Positions 37,503 to 46,645 of a stretch of 64,000 nt of DNA are shown here, in pieces (position 1 is the first letter of the stretch; the number at the start of each line of letters is the position of its first letter). Location of the stretch: NCBI GenBank assembly GCA_963841435.1, contig CAWJCS010000003.1, positions 1,056,001 through 1,120,000 of the forward strand, given 5' to 3'. Position numbers and translations under genes: made by a program. This DNA comes from an uncultured delta proteobacterium (GTDB lineage Bacteria; Myxococcota_A; Polyangia; Polyangiales; Polyangiaceae). A model generated the notes under the pieces. The model was not told where the DNA came from. It saw only the letters and a program-made list of their open reading frames with translations, and searched no databases.

Positions 37503-38584
37503 TGGCGCCGGTGCTCGAGTTCTTCCGCGGCCGGCGCGTGCTCGTGACCGGTCACACCGGCTTCAAGGGCGCCTGGCTCTGTGAGTGGCTCTTGACGCTC
37601 GGCGCCAACGTCGTGGGCTTCGCGCGCCCTCCGGACCAGGAGCCGAGCCTCTTCGCGGCAACCGGGCTCGCGTCACGCCTCGTGTCCGTGATGGGCCATG
37701 TCGAAGATGCCGAGGCCGTGCTGTCGCTTTTCCGGACGCATCGGCCCGAGCTCGTGCTGCACCTCGCAGCGCAAGCGCTCGTCAGGCGCTCGTACCAGTC
37801 GCCGCTCGACACCTACGCAACGAACGTCATGGGCACGGCGCACGTTCTCGAGGCAGCACGGAAGACGCCGTCGGTGAGGAGCGTGGTGATCGTCACCTCC
37901 GACAAGTGCTACGAAAACGTGGGCCTCGAGCGCGGCTACGTCGAGACGGATCCGATGGGCGGCCACGATCCGTACAGCTCGAGCAAGGGCGCCGCCGAAC
38001 TCGTCACGCAGGGCTATCGACGCTCGTTCTTCCACGAGCCAGGCGACGCCGGCGTCGCGTCCGCCCGCGCCGGCAACGTGATCGGGGGCGGCGACTGGTT
38101 GACCGATCGTCTCGTGCCGGATCTGGTCCGCGGGATCACGCGCGGCGAGCCGGTCGTGATCCGGAACCCCGACGCCACCCGGCCCTTTCAGCACGTGCTC
38201 GAACCGCTCTACGGTTACCTCGTCCTCGCGCGCCAAGCTCACGAAAAGCCGCGGCTCTTCTCGCAGGGATACAACTTCGGGCCACGGGACGGCACGCTCC
38301 GCGTCCGCGACCTCGCCGAGCGCTTCGTCGCGACGTTCGGGCGCGGCGACATCGTTCTGCCCCCTCCCGACGACGCCGGCCCCCACGAGGCCCGCACGCT
38401 GAGCCTCGACAGCGCGAAGGCGCACCGCGAGCTCGACTGGACGCCCCGCCTCGACATCGCCGACACCGTTTCGCTCACGGCGAGCTGGTACAAGGCCTAC
38501 TACGACGACCCGCGCAGCGCGCGCGCCACGACCGAGGCGCAGATCGCCGAGTACATGGCGCGGCAGGCGGCAGCGGGAGCATGA
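37502..38584 (+). CDS. rfbG: CDP-glucose 4,6-dehydratase
   Basis: VLVTGHTGFKGAWL, HLAAQALVRRSY, TSDKCYEN, DPYSSSKG, RAGNVIGGGDW, RPFQHVLEPL. Confidence 0.93.
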   Translation: MAPVLEFFRGRRVLVTGHTGFKGAWLCEWLLTLGANVVGFARPPDQEPSLFAATGLASRLVSVMGHVEDAEAVLSLFRTHRPELVLHLAAQALVRRSYQSPLDTYATNVMGTAHVLEAARKTPSVRSVVIVTSDKCYENVGLERGYVETDPMGGHDPYSSSKGAAELVTQGYRRSFFHEPGDAGVASARAGNVIGGGDWLTDRLVPDLVRGITRGEPVVIRNPDATRPFQHVLEPLYGYLVLARQAHEKPRLFSQGYNFGPRDGTLRVRDLAERFVATFGRGDIVLPPPDDAGPHEARTLSLDSAKAHRELDWTPRLDIADTVSLTASWYKAYYDDPRSARATTEAQIAEYMARQAAAGA

Positions 38585-39504
38585 GCGGAGCCGTCCTCGT
38601 GACGGGCGGCGACGGCTTCATCGGCCGGCGCGTGGTCGCCGCCTTCGCCCGCGACGGCGCGACCGTGCACTGCCTCGTTCGTGCCGGGTCGAAAGGCGGA
38701 AAGGCGCCCCCCGGACACGTCGAGCGTCACGAGCTGCCGAGCGAACCGGGAGCGCTCACGGCGATCGTCGAACGCCTGCGACCCGAGGTCCTGGTGAATC
38801 TCGCGACTTACGGTGTCGCCCCCGACCAGCTCGATCCCCGGCGCATGGTCGAAGCGAACGTCGGGCTCGTCACCGAGCTCATCGACGCCTGCCGCAGCCT
38901 GCGGCCTCGCTTCTTGCAGATCGGCAGCTGTTCGGAATACGCGCGCACCGAGCGGCCACGCCTGATCGACGAGCAGACGCGCTGCGTCCCGACCACGCCG
39001 TACGGCGCCGCCAAGCACGCGGCCACGCTGTGGGGCGGCGCCCTCGCGCGGCGCTTCGAGATCCCGTTCTTCGTGCTCAGGCCGTTCGGTGTGTACGGAC
39101 CGGGCGAGAGCCCACACCGCCTCGTCCCGTACGTTGCGAGCCGCCTTGCCCGGGACCAAACCGCGGCGTTGACGCCCGGCGACCAGGTGCGCGATTTTTC
39201 TTACGTGGACGACGTCGCGAGCGCCATCCTGGCCGCCAGCAAGCGTGAGCTCGAAAGCGGTACCGCCTACAACCTTTGCACGGGCGTCGGCACCTCGGTG
39301 CGAGAGCTCGCCCTCGCAGTGTGCGAGCGCTTGGGCAAGCCGGCGTCGCTGCTCGACTTCGGGGCGCGGCCCTACCGGCCGGGTGACGACCTCTGGATCG
39401 TCGGGGATCCGACCCGGTTCCGCCTAGCCACCGGCTTCATGCCCGAGACACCGCTCGCGCTCGGCATCGAGAGCACCCTCTCGGCAGCGGCCGCTCACCG
39501 ATGA
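38581..39504 (+). CDS. NAD-dependent sugar epimerase/4-reductase (CDP-deoxysugar synthase-like)
   Basis: ATG 38581; TGGDGFIG, GSCSEY, YGAAK, RPFGVYGPGE, RDFSYVDD. Confidence 0.85.
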   Translation: MSGAVLVTGGDGFIGRRVVAAFARDGATVHCLVRAGSKGGKAPPGHVERHELPSEPGALTAIVERLRPEVLVNLATYGVAPDQLDPRRMVEANVGLVTELIDACRSLRPRFLQIGSCSEYARTERPRLIDEQTRCVPTTPYGAAKHAATLWGGALARRFEIPFFVLRPFGVYGPGESPHRLVPYVASRLARDQTAALTPGDQVRDFSYVDDVASAILAASKRELESGTAYNLCTGVGTSVRELALAVCERLGKPASLLDFGARPYRPGDDLWIVGDPTRFRLATGFMPETPLALGIESTLSAAAAHR

Positions 39505-39556
39505 GGCCGCGCTTGCCTCGGGACCGCACATCGAGCATGGCTTCGGGGAAAGCAGG

Positions 39557-40168
39557 ATGATGAGCCTGTTCGACCGCATTCTCGGCAACCCGTGGGTGTA
39601 CGAGTACGTGCGGCCGCTCGCGGCGGGCGGGCTCGACTACGCCCACGCCTATCGCCGCCTCAGGTGCGGCCCTTCGGCGCACGTGCTCGACCTCGGCTGC
39701 GGCACGGGCGACGCCCTGCGCTACCTCGATACCTACGAGGCTTACCTCGGGATCGACACCGACGAGCGCGCGATCCGCTACGCAGCCTCACGCTGGCAGG
39801 GTCGCGCGGGCACGCGCTTCGAGTGCCGCCTCTGCACGCCCGACGACGTGCGGGCGTTTGCGCCCACCCACGCGGCGCTGATTGGGCTCTTGCACCACCT
39901 CGACGACGGTGACGCGGTGTCGATGCTGAAGATGCTTCGCGAGTCACCACGTCTCGAGCGCGCCGTGACGCTCGATACGGTGTACCTCCGCAGGCACCCC
40001 TACAACAACCTGCTCACGCGGCTCGACCGTGGGCGCTTCGGTCGCTCCGAGCCCGCCTACGTCGCACTGGCCGAGCGGGCGGGGCTCCGGGTGGTCGAGC
40101 ACTACATCGTGAAGAGCCACCCGACGCGCGGGCTCGTGAAGTTCTGCGTGCTCGTGCTCGAGCCCTGA
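39557..40168 (+). CDS. Class I SAM methyltransferase
   Basis: VLDLGCGTG, YLGID, LLHHLDD, DRGRF. Confidence 0.85.
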   Translation: MMSLFDRILGNPWVYEYVRPLAAGGLDYAHAYRRLRCGPSAHVLDLGCGTGDALRYLDTYEAYLGIDTDERAIRYAASRWQGRAGTRFECRLCTPDDVRAFAPTHAALIGLLHHLDDGDAVSMLKMLRESPRLERAVTLDTVYLRRHPYNNLLTRLDRGRFGRSEPAYVALAERAGLRVVEHYIVKSHPTRGLVKFCVLVLEP

Positions 40169-40212
40169 GCCCTGTTGCCGCGGCGGGGCGCGCGGTGCAC
40201 CATGCCGGTCCC

Positions 40213-40833
40213 ATGAACCGTGGAGCCGGCTGGGCCTTGGCGCTCTCGCTCATGCTTGCGAGCTGCGAGAAAAAGCCCTTGGAGATCCGCCTGATGCCGG
40301 GGCCGGATCTCAGCGGCTGGCGCCGTGTCCCGATCCAAGCGCTCGCCGAGAAACCAGTGTGGAACGTCAGCGACAAGATGTTGCTCGTCAACGGCGTGGG
40401 AGCGAAAGAGATGCTCCTGTTCGAGCAAGAGCTCGCCGACGGAGTCGTCCACGTCGAATGGCGGTTCCGCAAGAGCACCGACCCGGCCGCCGTGTACAAC
40501 GGTGGCATCTACGTTCGCACGGCGCTCGATGGCAAGGTGTACGTCCAGGCGCAGGTGGCGCACGCCGAGAAGGCGCCCACCACGGGCGACCTGATTGCCC
40601 AGGTGCCGGGCGTCACAGAGCGCGTCAACGTGTACCAGAAAGCGGCGAGCGTCGAGCACTCAGTCGGCGAGTGGAACACGACCGACATCATGATGCGTGG
40701 ACGCAACATCGGGGTCACGGTCAACGGCACGCCGACGGTCACCTGGACCGACTGCCCGATGCTGAGCGGCCACGTCGGCATCCAGGCCGAAGGCGCTTTC
40801 GTCGAGGTGCGAGCGCTGAGCTACCGCCCGTGA
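40213..40833 (+). CDS. DUF1080 (3-keto-disaccharide hydrolase-like) lipoprotein
   Basis: LASC lipobox; DLSGW, VEWRF, NGGIYVR, GEWNT, VTVNG, GHVGIQ. Confidence 0.75.
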   Translation: MNRGAGWALALSLMLASCEKKPLEIRLMPGPDLSGWRRVPIQALAEKPVWNVSDKMLLVNGVGAKEMLLFEQELADGVVHVEWRFRKSTDPAAVYNGGIYVRTALDGKVYVQAQVAHAEKAPTTGDLIAQVPGVTERVNVYQKAASVEHSVGEWNTTDIMMRGRNIGVTVNGTPTVTWTDCPMLSGHVGIQAEGAFVEVRALSYRP

Positions 40834-40896
40834 CCGCCTTTTTCCGCGGCGATTTTCTGGCCATTCTATGGGTCAAAACGCTAGCTTCGAGACACC

Positions 40897-41211
40897 ATGC
40901 CACCGCTCGACTTCGTCCGAGTCCCTCGCCGCCGGCTGTTCATCCTGGTGCCACCCGCGCTCACGGTGCTCCTTGCCGCCGCCTGCGAGAAACTGCCGGC
41001 CTCGTGCGGCGACGTGAGCGGTCTGACCGAAGACGAAGCCGCCCTGCGAAAGACGATGGGCTACTCCGATCTGGCACCGAGCGCCGACAAGCGCTGTGTG
41101 ACCTGCCGGCACTACGTCGCCGCGTCGAGCCAGTCGAGCTGCGGCAGCTGCAAGCTCCTCAAAGGCCCGATTCACCCGAACGGCTACTGCCAAGCGTACA
41201 CGTCACTCTGA
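40897..41211 (+). CDS. High-potential iron-sulfur protein (HiPIP), putative Tat lipoprotein
   Basis: RRRLF...LAAAC signal; Y...CVTC..Y...CGSC...GPIHPNGYC Cys pattern. Confidence 0.75.
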   Translation: MPPLDFVRVPRRRLFILVPPALTVLLAAACEKLPASCGDVSGLTEDEAALRKTMGYSDLAPSADKRCVTCRHYVAASSQSSCGSCKLLKGPIHPNGYCQAYTSL

Positions 41212-43419
41212 CGCCGGCGGCGCCGCGACGACCGCAGGCGCGCGCACGGGGACGCCCAGATTGCGCGAAAGCATGTCCTGGAGCGCGACGAGCGTGTAGG
41301 GCTTGGGGAGCACGTCATCGAACGGTGTGCCCGTCATCACGAAGTCCGTCCCGCTCGACAGCACGACACGAAGGTCGGGCCGAATGGCGTGGATCGCGCG
41401 GGCAAAGTCGGCGCCCGTCATGCTGGGCATGGACATGTCGGTGACGACCATGCAAAACCGCGCCGGATCGCGCTCGAGCAGCGAAAGCGCTTCCGCGGGT
41501 GAGGTCAGCGGCAGCGCCCTGTGACCGAGGTGAATGAGGAGACGCACGAGCGTGAAGCCGATCATCGGCTCGTCGTCGACGACCAGAACTTCGCCGCTCG
41601 GCTGCGGGCGCGATGCCGACACCGGGGCCGGTCGCGGGTCCTCGGCCGTGCTCGGAACTGCCGCCGCGGGCGCCTCGCTCACCGCAGGCGCGGGGCTCGC
41701 GGCCGGGATCAGCACGCGGAAGGTCGTCCCTGCGCCAGTCGCGGAACGGACGCGGAGGGCTCCGCCGTGCTCGAGGACGATGCCATGCACGACGCTGAGC
41801 CCGAGGCCCGTCCCTTCGCCGCGCGGCTTGGTCGTGAAGAAGGGGTCGAACATGCGTGCCTGCGTGGGAGCGTCCATGCCGGCACCGTCGTCCTCGACGC
41901 AGAGCTCGATGTAGCTGCCGGGGGCGAGACCTTCGTCTTCGACGCCGTCCGCCACTCGACGCACGGTGAAGCGGATGCGACCGGGACGGTCGCCGATCGC
42001 CTGCGAGGCGTTGGTGCCAAGGTTCATGAGCACCTGGTGGATCTGCGCGACGCTGCCCGTAAAGCGCGGGCGCCCCTCCGAGACGAGCTCGAGGGCATGG
42101 CGCGCGGGTAGTGCCGCACGCAACAGCGCCACCACCTCCTCGACGAGCTCGACGGCGTCGACGGACTCGACGACCGCGGGATCCCGGCGTGAAAACGTCA
42201 GAATGCGCCGCACAACGTCGCGGGCCCGGGTCGCTCCGGCACGCAGCCCGTCCACCGATTCGCGCGCCTCGGGCGGCAGCGACCGTTGGCCGTGCAAGAG
42301 CTCGACGTGACCGAGCATCGCAGTGAGCAAATTGTTGAAGTCGTGAGCAATGCCGCCCGCGAGCGTGCCCAGGGACTCGAGACGCTGCGAATGGGAGAGG
42401 CGCTCCTCGAGCTCCCGGCTGCGAGCCTCGGCGGCCAGCAGCCGCTCGCTGACCTCGAGCATGACGCTCTGGCGCAGAGCAGCAGCAATCACGACGCCGA
42501 CCATGCACAGCGTGACCGCGAGCCGCACCTGAGGGAAGAGCTCGCTCGAGAGCAACATGGCGACCGCAGCCGTCACGACGAGCGCGAGCGGAACGAGCCG
42601 CGAGCCGATGCCGTAACCGCGACGCAAGGCGCCCACCACTTCGACCTCGCCCGGATCGAACGACGCGACACCCGCGCCGAGCAGCAGGGCGCCGTACGAA
42701 AACGCGTAGTTTAGGAGCGTCGCATCGTCGAGCTCGCCGTTCAGCGTCGCGAGGTTCCATTCCATCCACAAGAGGCCCTGGCCGAGGACGGCCGCGAACA
42801 GCAAGAAAAGCCCAGGTTTGGGGGGTACCATGAGCTCGAGCGCCACCACGGCGATGAGCGCCGTCACGGTCAAGAGCGCCGTCGGGTAGGCCACGAGCAC
42901 GGCGAGCGTCGGCGCGTCGAAGTCCCCACGGCGCGGGAGATAGGCAGCGAGCGTCAGCGCGAGCATCGCGAGCCCAAGACCGACGCCATCGAGGCCCACG
43001 GCAATGCGGCGCGAGCGCCGCTGGTCGCGCGTGAGGCAGACCACGCCGAGTCCCAAAAGGGGACCGACCGCAACGAAGGCGAGATCGGAGGGACCCGGAA
43101 ATGGATTCCACCCGATCGCGACCTGGACGTCCCAGAGCACCTGGCCGAAGAACAGAGCGAACAGCGCTCGCGTGAACCACGTGCGGGCTCGGCAGAGAGC
43201 ACCTCGCGCGCGCCGGCGCGAGAGCCAAGCGAGCGCGAATGCGGACGCGTACGACAGCGTCCAGTGGGCGTTGTCCCAGAAACGGACGGCGGTGGTGTCC
43301 TCTGCGACCCGCGTCGCCGCGACCGCGAACGTCGTCGCCGCGAACCCGAAAAGCAGCGTCACGCGCTCGGCGTGGGACCAGCTCGAAGCGGCATCACGGG
43401 GGAGAACGTGCGTAGACAC
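41203..43419 (-). CDS. Hybrid sensor histidine kinase with a multi-TM input domain and a C-terminal receiver
   Basis: AHDFNNLL, QVLMNLGTNA, DDGAGM, FDPFFTTK, GTGLGL; receiver VVDDE...TDMSMP...KP. Confidence 0.92.
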   Translation of the reverse strand: MSTHVLPRDAASSWSHAERVTLLFGFAATTFAVAATRVAEDTTAVRFWDNAHWTLSYASAFALAWLSRRRARGALCRARTWFTRALFALFFGQVLWDVQVAIGWNPFPGPSDLAFVAVGPLLGLGVVCLTRDQRRSRRIAVGLDGVGLGLAMLALTLAAYLPRRGDFDAPTLAVLVAYPTALLTVTALIAVVALELMVPPKPGLFLLFAAVLGQGLLWMEWNLATLNGELDDATLLNYAFSYGALLLGAGVASFDPGEVEVVGALRRGYGIGSRLVPLALVVTAAVAMLLSSELFPQVRLAVTLCMVGVVIAAALRQSVMLEVSERLLAAEARSRELEERLSHSQRLESLGTLAGGIAHDFNNLLTAMLGHVELLHGQRSLPPEARESVDGLRAGATRARDVVRRILTFSRRDPAVVESVDAVELVEEVVALLRAALPARHALELVSEGRPRFTGSVAQIHQVLMNLGTNASQAIGDRPGRIRFTVRRVADGVEDEGLAPGSYIELCVEDDGAGMDAPTQARMFDPFFTTKPRGEGTGLGLSVVHGIVLEHGGALRVRSATGAGTTFRVLIPAASPAPAVSEAPAAAVPSTAEDPRPAPVSASRPQPSGEVLVVDDEPMIGFTLVRLLIHLGHRALPLTSPAEALSLLERDPARFCMVVTDMSMPSMTGADFARAIHAIRPDLRVVLSSGTDFVMTGTPFDDVLPKPYTLVALQDMLSRNLGVPVRAPAVVAAPPASE

Positions 43420-43591
43420 GCCTTGTCATTCCCAACTCGAGCGCTTGGCGCTCCAACACTCAGGATACACCTTCCGCGACGCGCGCTCACGCGGATCCGA
43501 GTTCCGCGCGGCTGGAGGCGGTGTTTTCATCGGGCCTGGCGCGCGACGACACGCCTCGCGCCACGCGACCTTTCGCTGTCGTCGGTCGCCG

Positions 43592-43744
43592 TCACGCAAA
43601 ACCGCGGCGTTCGAGGCCGGCCAGGATGCGTTCGAAGCGGGGCTCGAGTCGATGCAGAAGGAGCACCTTGTCGCGAGCGGCGCGGCCAATCGTGCGGCGT
43701 TCGTCGTCCGAAGCCTGCAGGCGCTCCGCCTTGCTCACGAGATC
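43592..43744 (-). pseudogene. Remnant of a glycosyltransferase C-terminus (CgeB/Glyco_trans_1_2-like)
   Basis: DLVSKAERLQASDDERRTIGRAARDKVLLLHRLEPRFERIL resembles the terminal helices of GT-B enzymes; no N-terminal part recognisable. Confidence 0.45.
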
Positions 43745-44044
43745 GGCGCGGCCGCCGAACCGGGCCCCACTGGTGCGCCAACCGTCATCGCCATGGACCG
43801 TCATCCCGAGCGGCGGGAGCGCTGCAACGCGGCCCGCCCTGAGCCCATGGGAGCGCGCCGTTGAGCCAATCGGCGACCTCGGAGGGCGAGGCGCCCCGGG
43901 GCCTGGCGATGGTGGTCGGCCACCGGGCGTCTCGATGCCGCGAGCCACCGCGCGCTCGGCGCGCTCGGCCCAACCGGCACCATATGTCCCCTCACCGCCT
44001 GCCAGCGACGGCAGAGGCCGACTCGATGGTAGATTGTCGCAAGC

Positions 44045-44653
44045 ATGGCCGAGCTCGAGCGACGGATCCGAGACCTGGTCGCTGGCTCCGACCTCGAGGA
44101 GCGCCTGAGCCTCGTCCCGCCCTCCGCAATGCTACGCGGGTTGTATTTTCGCAACACCGTCGCGGTGCTGCGAAACGCGGGAGCACTGGCAAGCTACGAG
44201 GCCCTCTATTCGGAGAGTCACTCGGCCGTGCGCTGGTACCCGCTCTCGGACTTCCTCGAACGCGCCGCGGTCGCAGCGGCGCTGCTCAAGGGCCCGGACG
44301 GGATCCACGAAGGGTTACGCGAGATCGGGCGCCGCAACGTGCTCGCTTTTTCCGAGAGCCTCATCGGTCGGACGCTGCTGCGCATCCTGCCGAACGATCC
44401 CGTCAGCCTGCTCAAACAGGCGTGCGCTGGGCGGCGGCAAAGCTGCCGCTATGGGCGCTGGGAGGTCACGTTTCCGGAGCCGGGCAAGGCGGTGATGGCG
44501 ATGTTCGAGGAGTATCTCTGGATCGAGTCGAACGTGCTCGGTGCGGCCGAGGGCACGTTCGCGGCGGTCGGTCGTGACGTGCACGTGACAGTGGAGCTGG
44601 ACTCGAAATTCAAGGGGCGCCACATCCTCACGTGGTCTGACGAGGGGCGATGA
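44045..44653 (+). CDS. DUF2378 / TIGR02265 myxobacterial family protein
   Basis: RGLYF, WYPLSDFL, GLREIGRR...FSESLIGRTL, YG...V, GAAEG. Confidence 0.75.
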   Translation: MAELERRIRDLVAGSDLEERLSLVPPSAMLRGLYFRNTVAVLRNAGALASYEALYSESHSAVRWYPLSDFLERAAVAAALLKGPDGIHEGLREIGRRNVLAFSESLIGRTLLRILPNDPVSLLKQACAGRRQSCRYGRWEVTFPEPGKAVMAMFEEYLWIESNVLGAAEGTFAAVGRDVHVTVELDSKFKGRHILTWSDEGR

Positions 44654-44902
44654 CATCGCCAGCGGGCAACCCAATCGTGGTATGAGCGGCGACGAGCACG
44701 TCGGGGGTCACTTAACATTGCTGTCCGCCCGACCGTCGAGAGCCTGCGCCACGTGCTTGATCGTAAAAAACTGGCTTTTGCCGTAGCAAGCGACGCGCCG
44801 CCGGCGCGCTCGAGCCCCCCGGACGAAACGCTCGGGGCTGGTGCGTCCCGCCGCGAATCAGGCATCGTCGAACGCGGGCGGGCCGACGCCGACGGGCTGA
44901 CC

Positions 44903-46645
44903 GTGCCAAAGGGCGCGGTCATCGACTCGACGCTCAGCCCCGAATCAGCGGCGGCGCGCATCGTCAACGCGCTCGTGGCGCGCGGTGTGGAGACGTACTT
45001 CGGGATCCCGGGCGGGCCCATCTGTCCGCTCGTCGAGGCGCTACGGTTGCACCCCGCTGCGCGCTTCATCGAGTCGCGCCACGAAAGTCACGCGGCATTC
45101 GCGGCAGCAGCGTACTTTCGGGCGAGCGGACGCGTCGCGGGGGTCGTCGTCACGGCGGGACCGGGGGTCACGAACGCCGTCACGGGCGTCGCGTCCGCGT
45201 TCCTCGAACGCATCCCGTTGCTGGTCCTCGCGGGCGACGTGGCCTGGGCCACCCACGGCGGGCGGCTCGCGCAGGATTCGGGACCGGAAGGCATCGACAT
45301 CGAGCAGCTACTCGGCTCGGTAACGCGCGCCCGTGTGCGGGTTACGAACGGCCGCAGCGCCGTGAGTCAGGTCCTCTGTGCCCTGGATGCGGCGACGAGC
45401 CCGCTGTCCCCCGGTCCGGCCCTGCTCGTCCTCCCCATCGATCGCGCCACGGAAATGGCGCCCGTCTGTCGGATCATCCCTTCGACCCCGCCCCTCGCCG
45501 GCGTCCCGGATCTCGAACCGGTGATGGCGACCGCGCGGCTGCTCGCGGAAGCGGAGCGCCCCCTCTTGGTTCTCGGTGGCGCCTGCCTCTCGCACGCGGG
45601 CTGGGTTCGCCAGCTCGTCGACATGCTCAACGTCCCCTTCGTCACGACGCCGCGGGCCAAGGGTGTCGTGAGCGAAGAACACCCCCGCTCTCTGCGCAAC
45701 GGCGGCATGGCCGCGTCGCTCTGGGCCCGGCGCTACACCGCGAAGCCCGTCGACGCGGCGCTCGTGCTCGGTAGCGACCTCGACGATACCTCCGTCGGCG
45801 CGACGCCCTACGTGGGCGCGGGCGGGCGCCTCATTCACGTCGACCTCGACCCGCGGGTCTTCAACCGAAACTTGCCGACGACGCTCGGCATCACGGCAGA
45901 CCTCGCGACGTTCGCGCGGGAGCTCTACCAGGTGGTATCGGGGCTCGGCTCGAAGAACCCGCGCACGAGCTCACTGATGCGAGAGGCGCGCGCGGTGTCA
46001 CCCTATGACGAAGCAGAGTTCGAGACCGACGGCGGCAGTCTGATCCCGCCGCATCGTGCCATCGCCGACCTCGCCCGAGCCGTCGAGGACGACGCGCGTT
46101 TCGTCACCGACATCGGCGAGCACATGCTGTTCGCTCTGCACTACCTCACGGCGCGCGGTCCGCTCGATTTCAACATCCAGCTCAATCTCGGCAGCATGGG
46201 CAGCGGCATCGCGGGCGCGCTGGGCCTCGCGCTCGCCGATCCCACGCGCCAGGTCGTGTGCATCGCGGGTGACGGCGGCATGCAGATGTCGGGCATGGAG
46301 ATCCTCACCTGCAAAAAGCTCCGGCTGCCGGTGCTCTACGCCGTGTTCAACGACTCCCGCTACAACATGGTGCACCACGGCATGCGGCAGATCTTCGGGC
46401 AGACGGGCGACCACGGCATGCCCCAGGTCGATTTCGCGGCGTGGGCGGCGTCCATGGGCGTCCCCGCTCGGACCATCCACGCCGCCGGGGAGATCGATCG
46501 CGAGCTCTTGGCCGAGCTCTCGCGTCACGGAGGCCCGGTCCTGCTCGACATCCGCATCGACCCCGAGGTGCGCCTGCGAGCCGGCGGTCGCGTCGAGGCC
46601 CTGCAGCACATGTCCATGCTGTCGAAAGCCGCGGGGAGCGCGTGA
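44903..46645 (+). CDS. ThDP-dependent enzyme (AHAS-like, candidate acyloin synthase)
   Basis: FGIPGG, RHE catalytic Glu, TAGPGVTN, GSMG, GDGG...N ThDP motif; start uncertain (ORF open from 44753). Confidence 0.88.
   Translation: MPKGAVIDSTLSPESAAARIVNALVARGVETYFGIPGGPICPLVEALRLHPAARFIESRHESHAAFAAAAYFRASGRVAGVVVTAGPGVTNAVTGVASAFLERIPLLVLAGDVAWATHGGRLAQDSGPEGIDIEQLLGSVTRARVRVTNGRSAVSQVLCALDAATSPLSPGPALLVLPIDRATEMAPVCRIIPSTPPLAGVPDLEPVMATARLLAEAERPLLVLGGACLSHAGWVRQLVDMLNVPFVTTPRAKGVVSEEHPRSLRNGGMAASLWARRYTAKPVDAALVLGSDLDDTSVGATPYVGAGGRLIHVDLDPRVFNRNLPTTLGITADLATFARELYQVVSGLGSKNPRTSSLMREARAVSPYDEAEFETDGGSLIPPHRAIADLARAVEDDARFVTDIGEHMLFALHYLTARGPLDFNIQLNLGSMGSGIAGALGLALADPTRQVVCIAGDGGMQMSGMEILTCKKLRLPVLYAVFNDSRYNMVHHGMRQIFGQTGDHGMPQVDFAAWAASMGVPARTIHAAGEIDRELLAELSRHGGPVLLDIRIDPEVRLRAGGRVEALQHMSMLSKAAGSA

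Noticed and set aside
36578-38584. Apparent RfbF-RfbG fusion protein (668-aa ORF)
   Set aside because: Deleting one T in GATTC (37494) restores the usual RfbF ending KIW* overlapping the rfbG ATG; same signature as the other frameshifts, so probably an artefact
44903-46645. Housekeeping acetolactate synthase IlvB
   Set aside because: No ilvN/ilvC nearby and it is coupled to a KAS III-like gene; not excluded, but less likely
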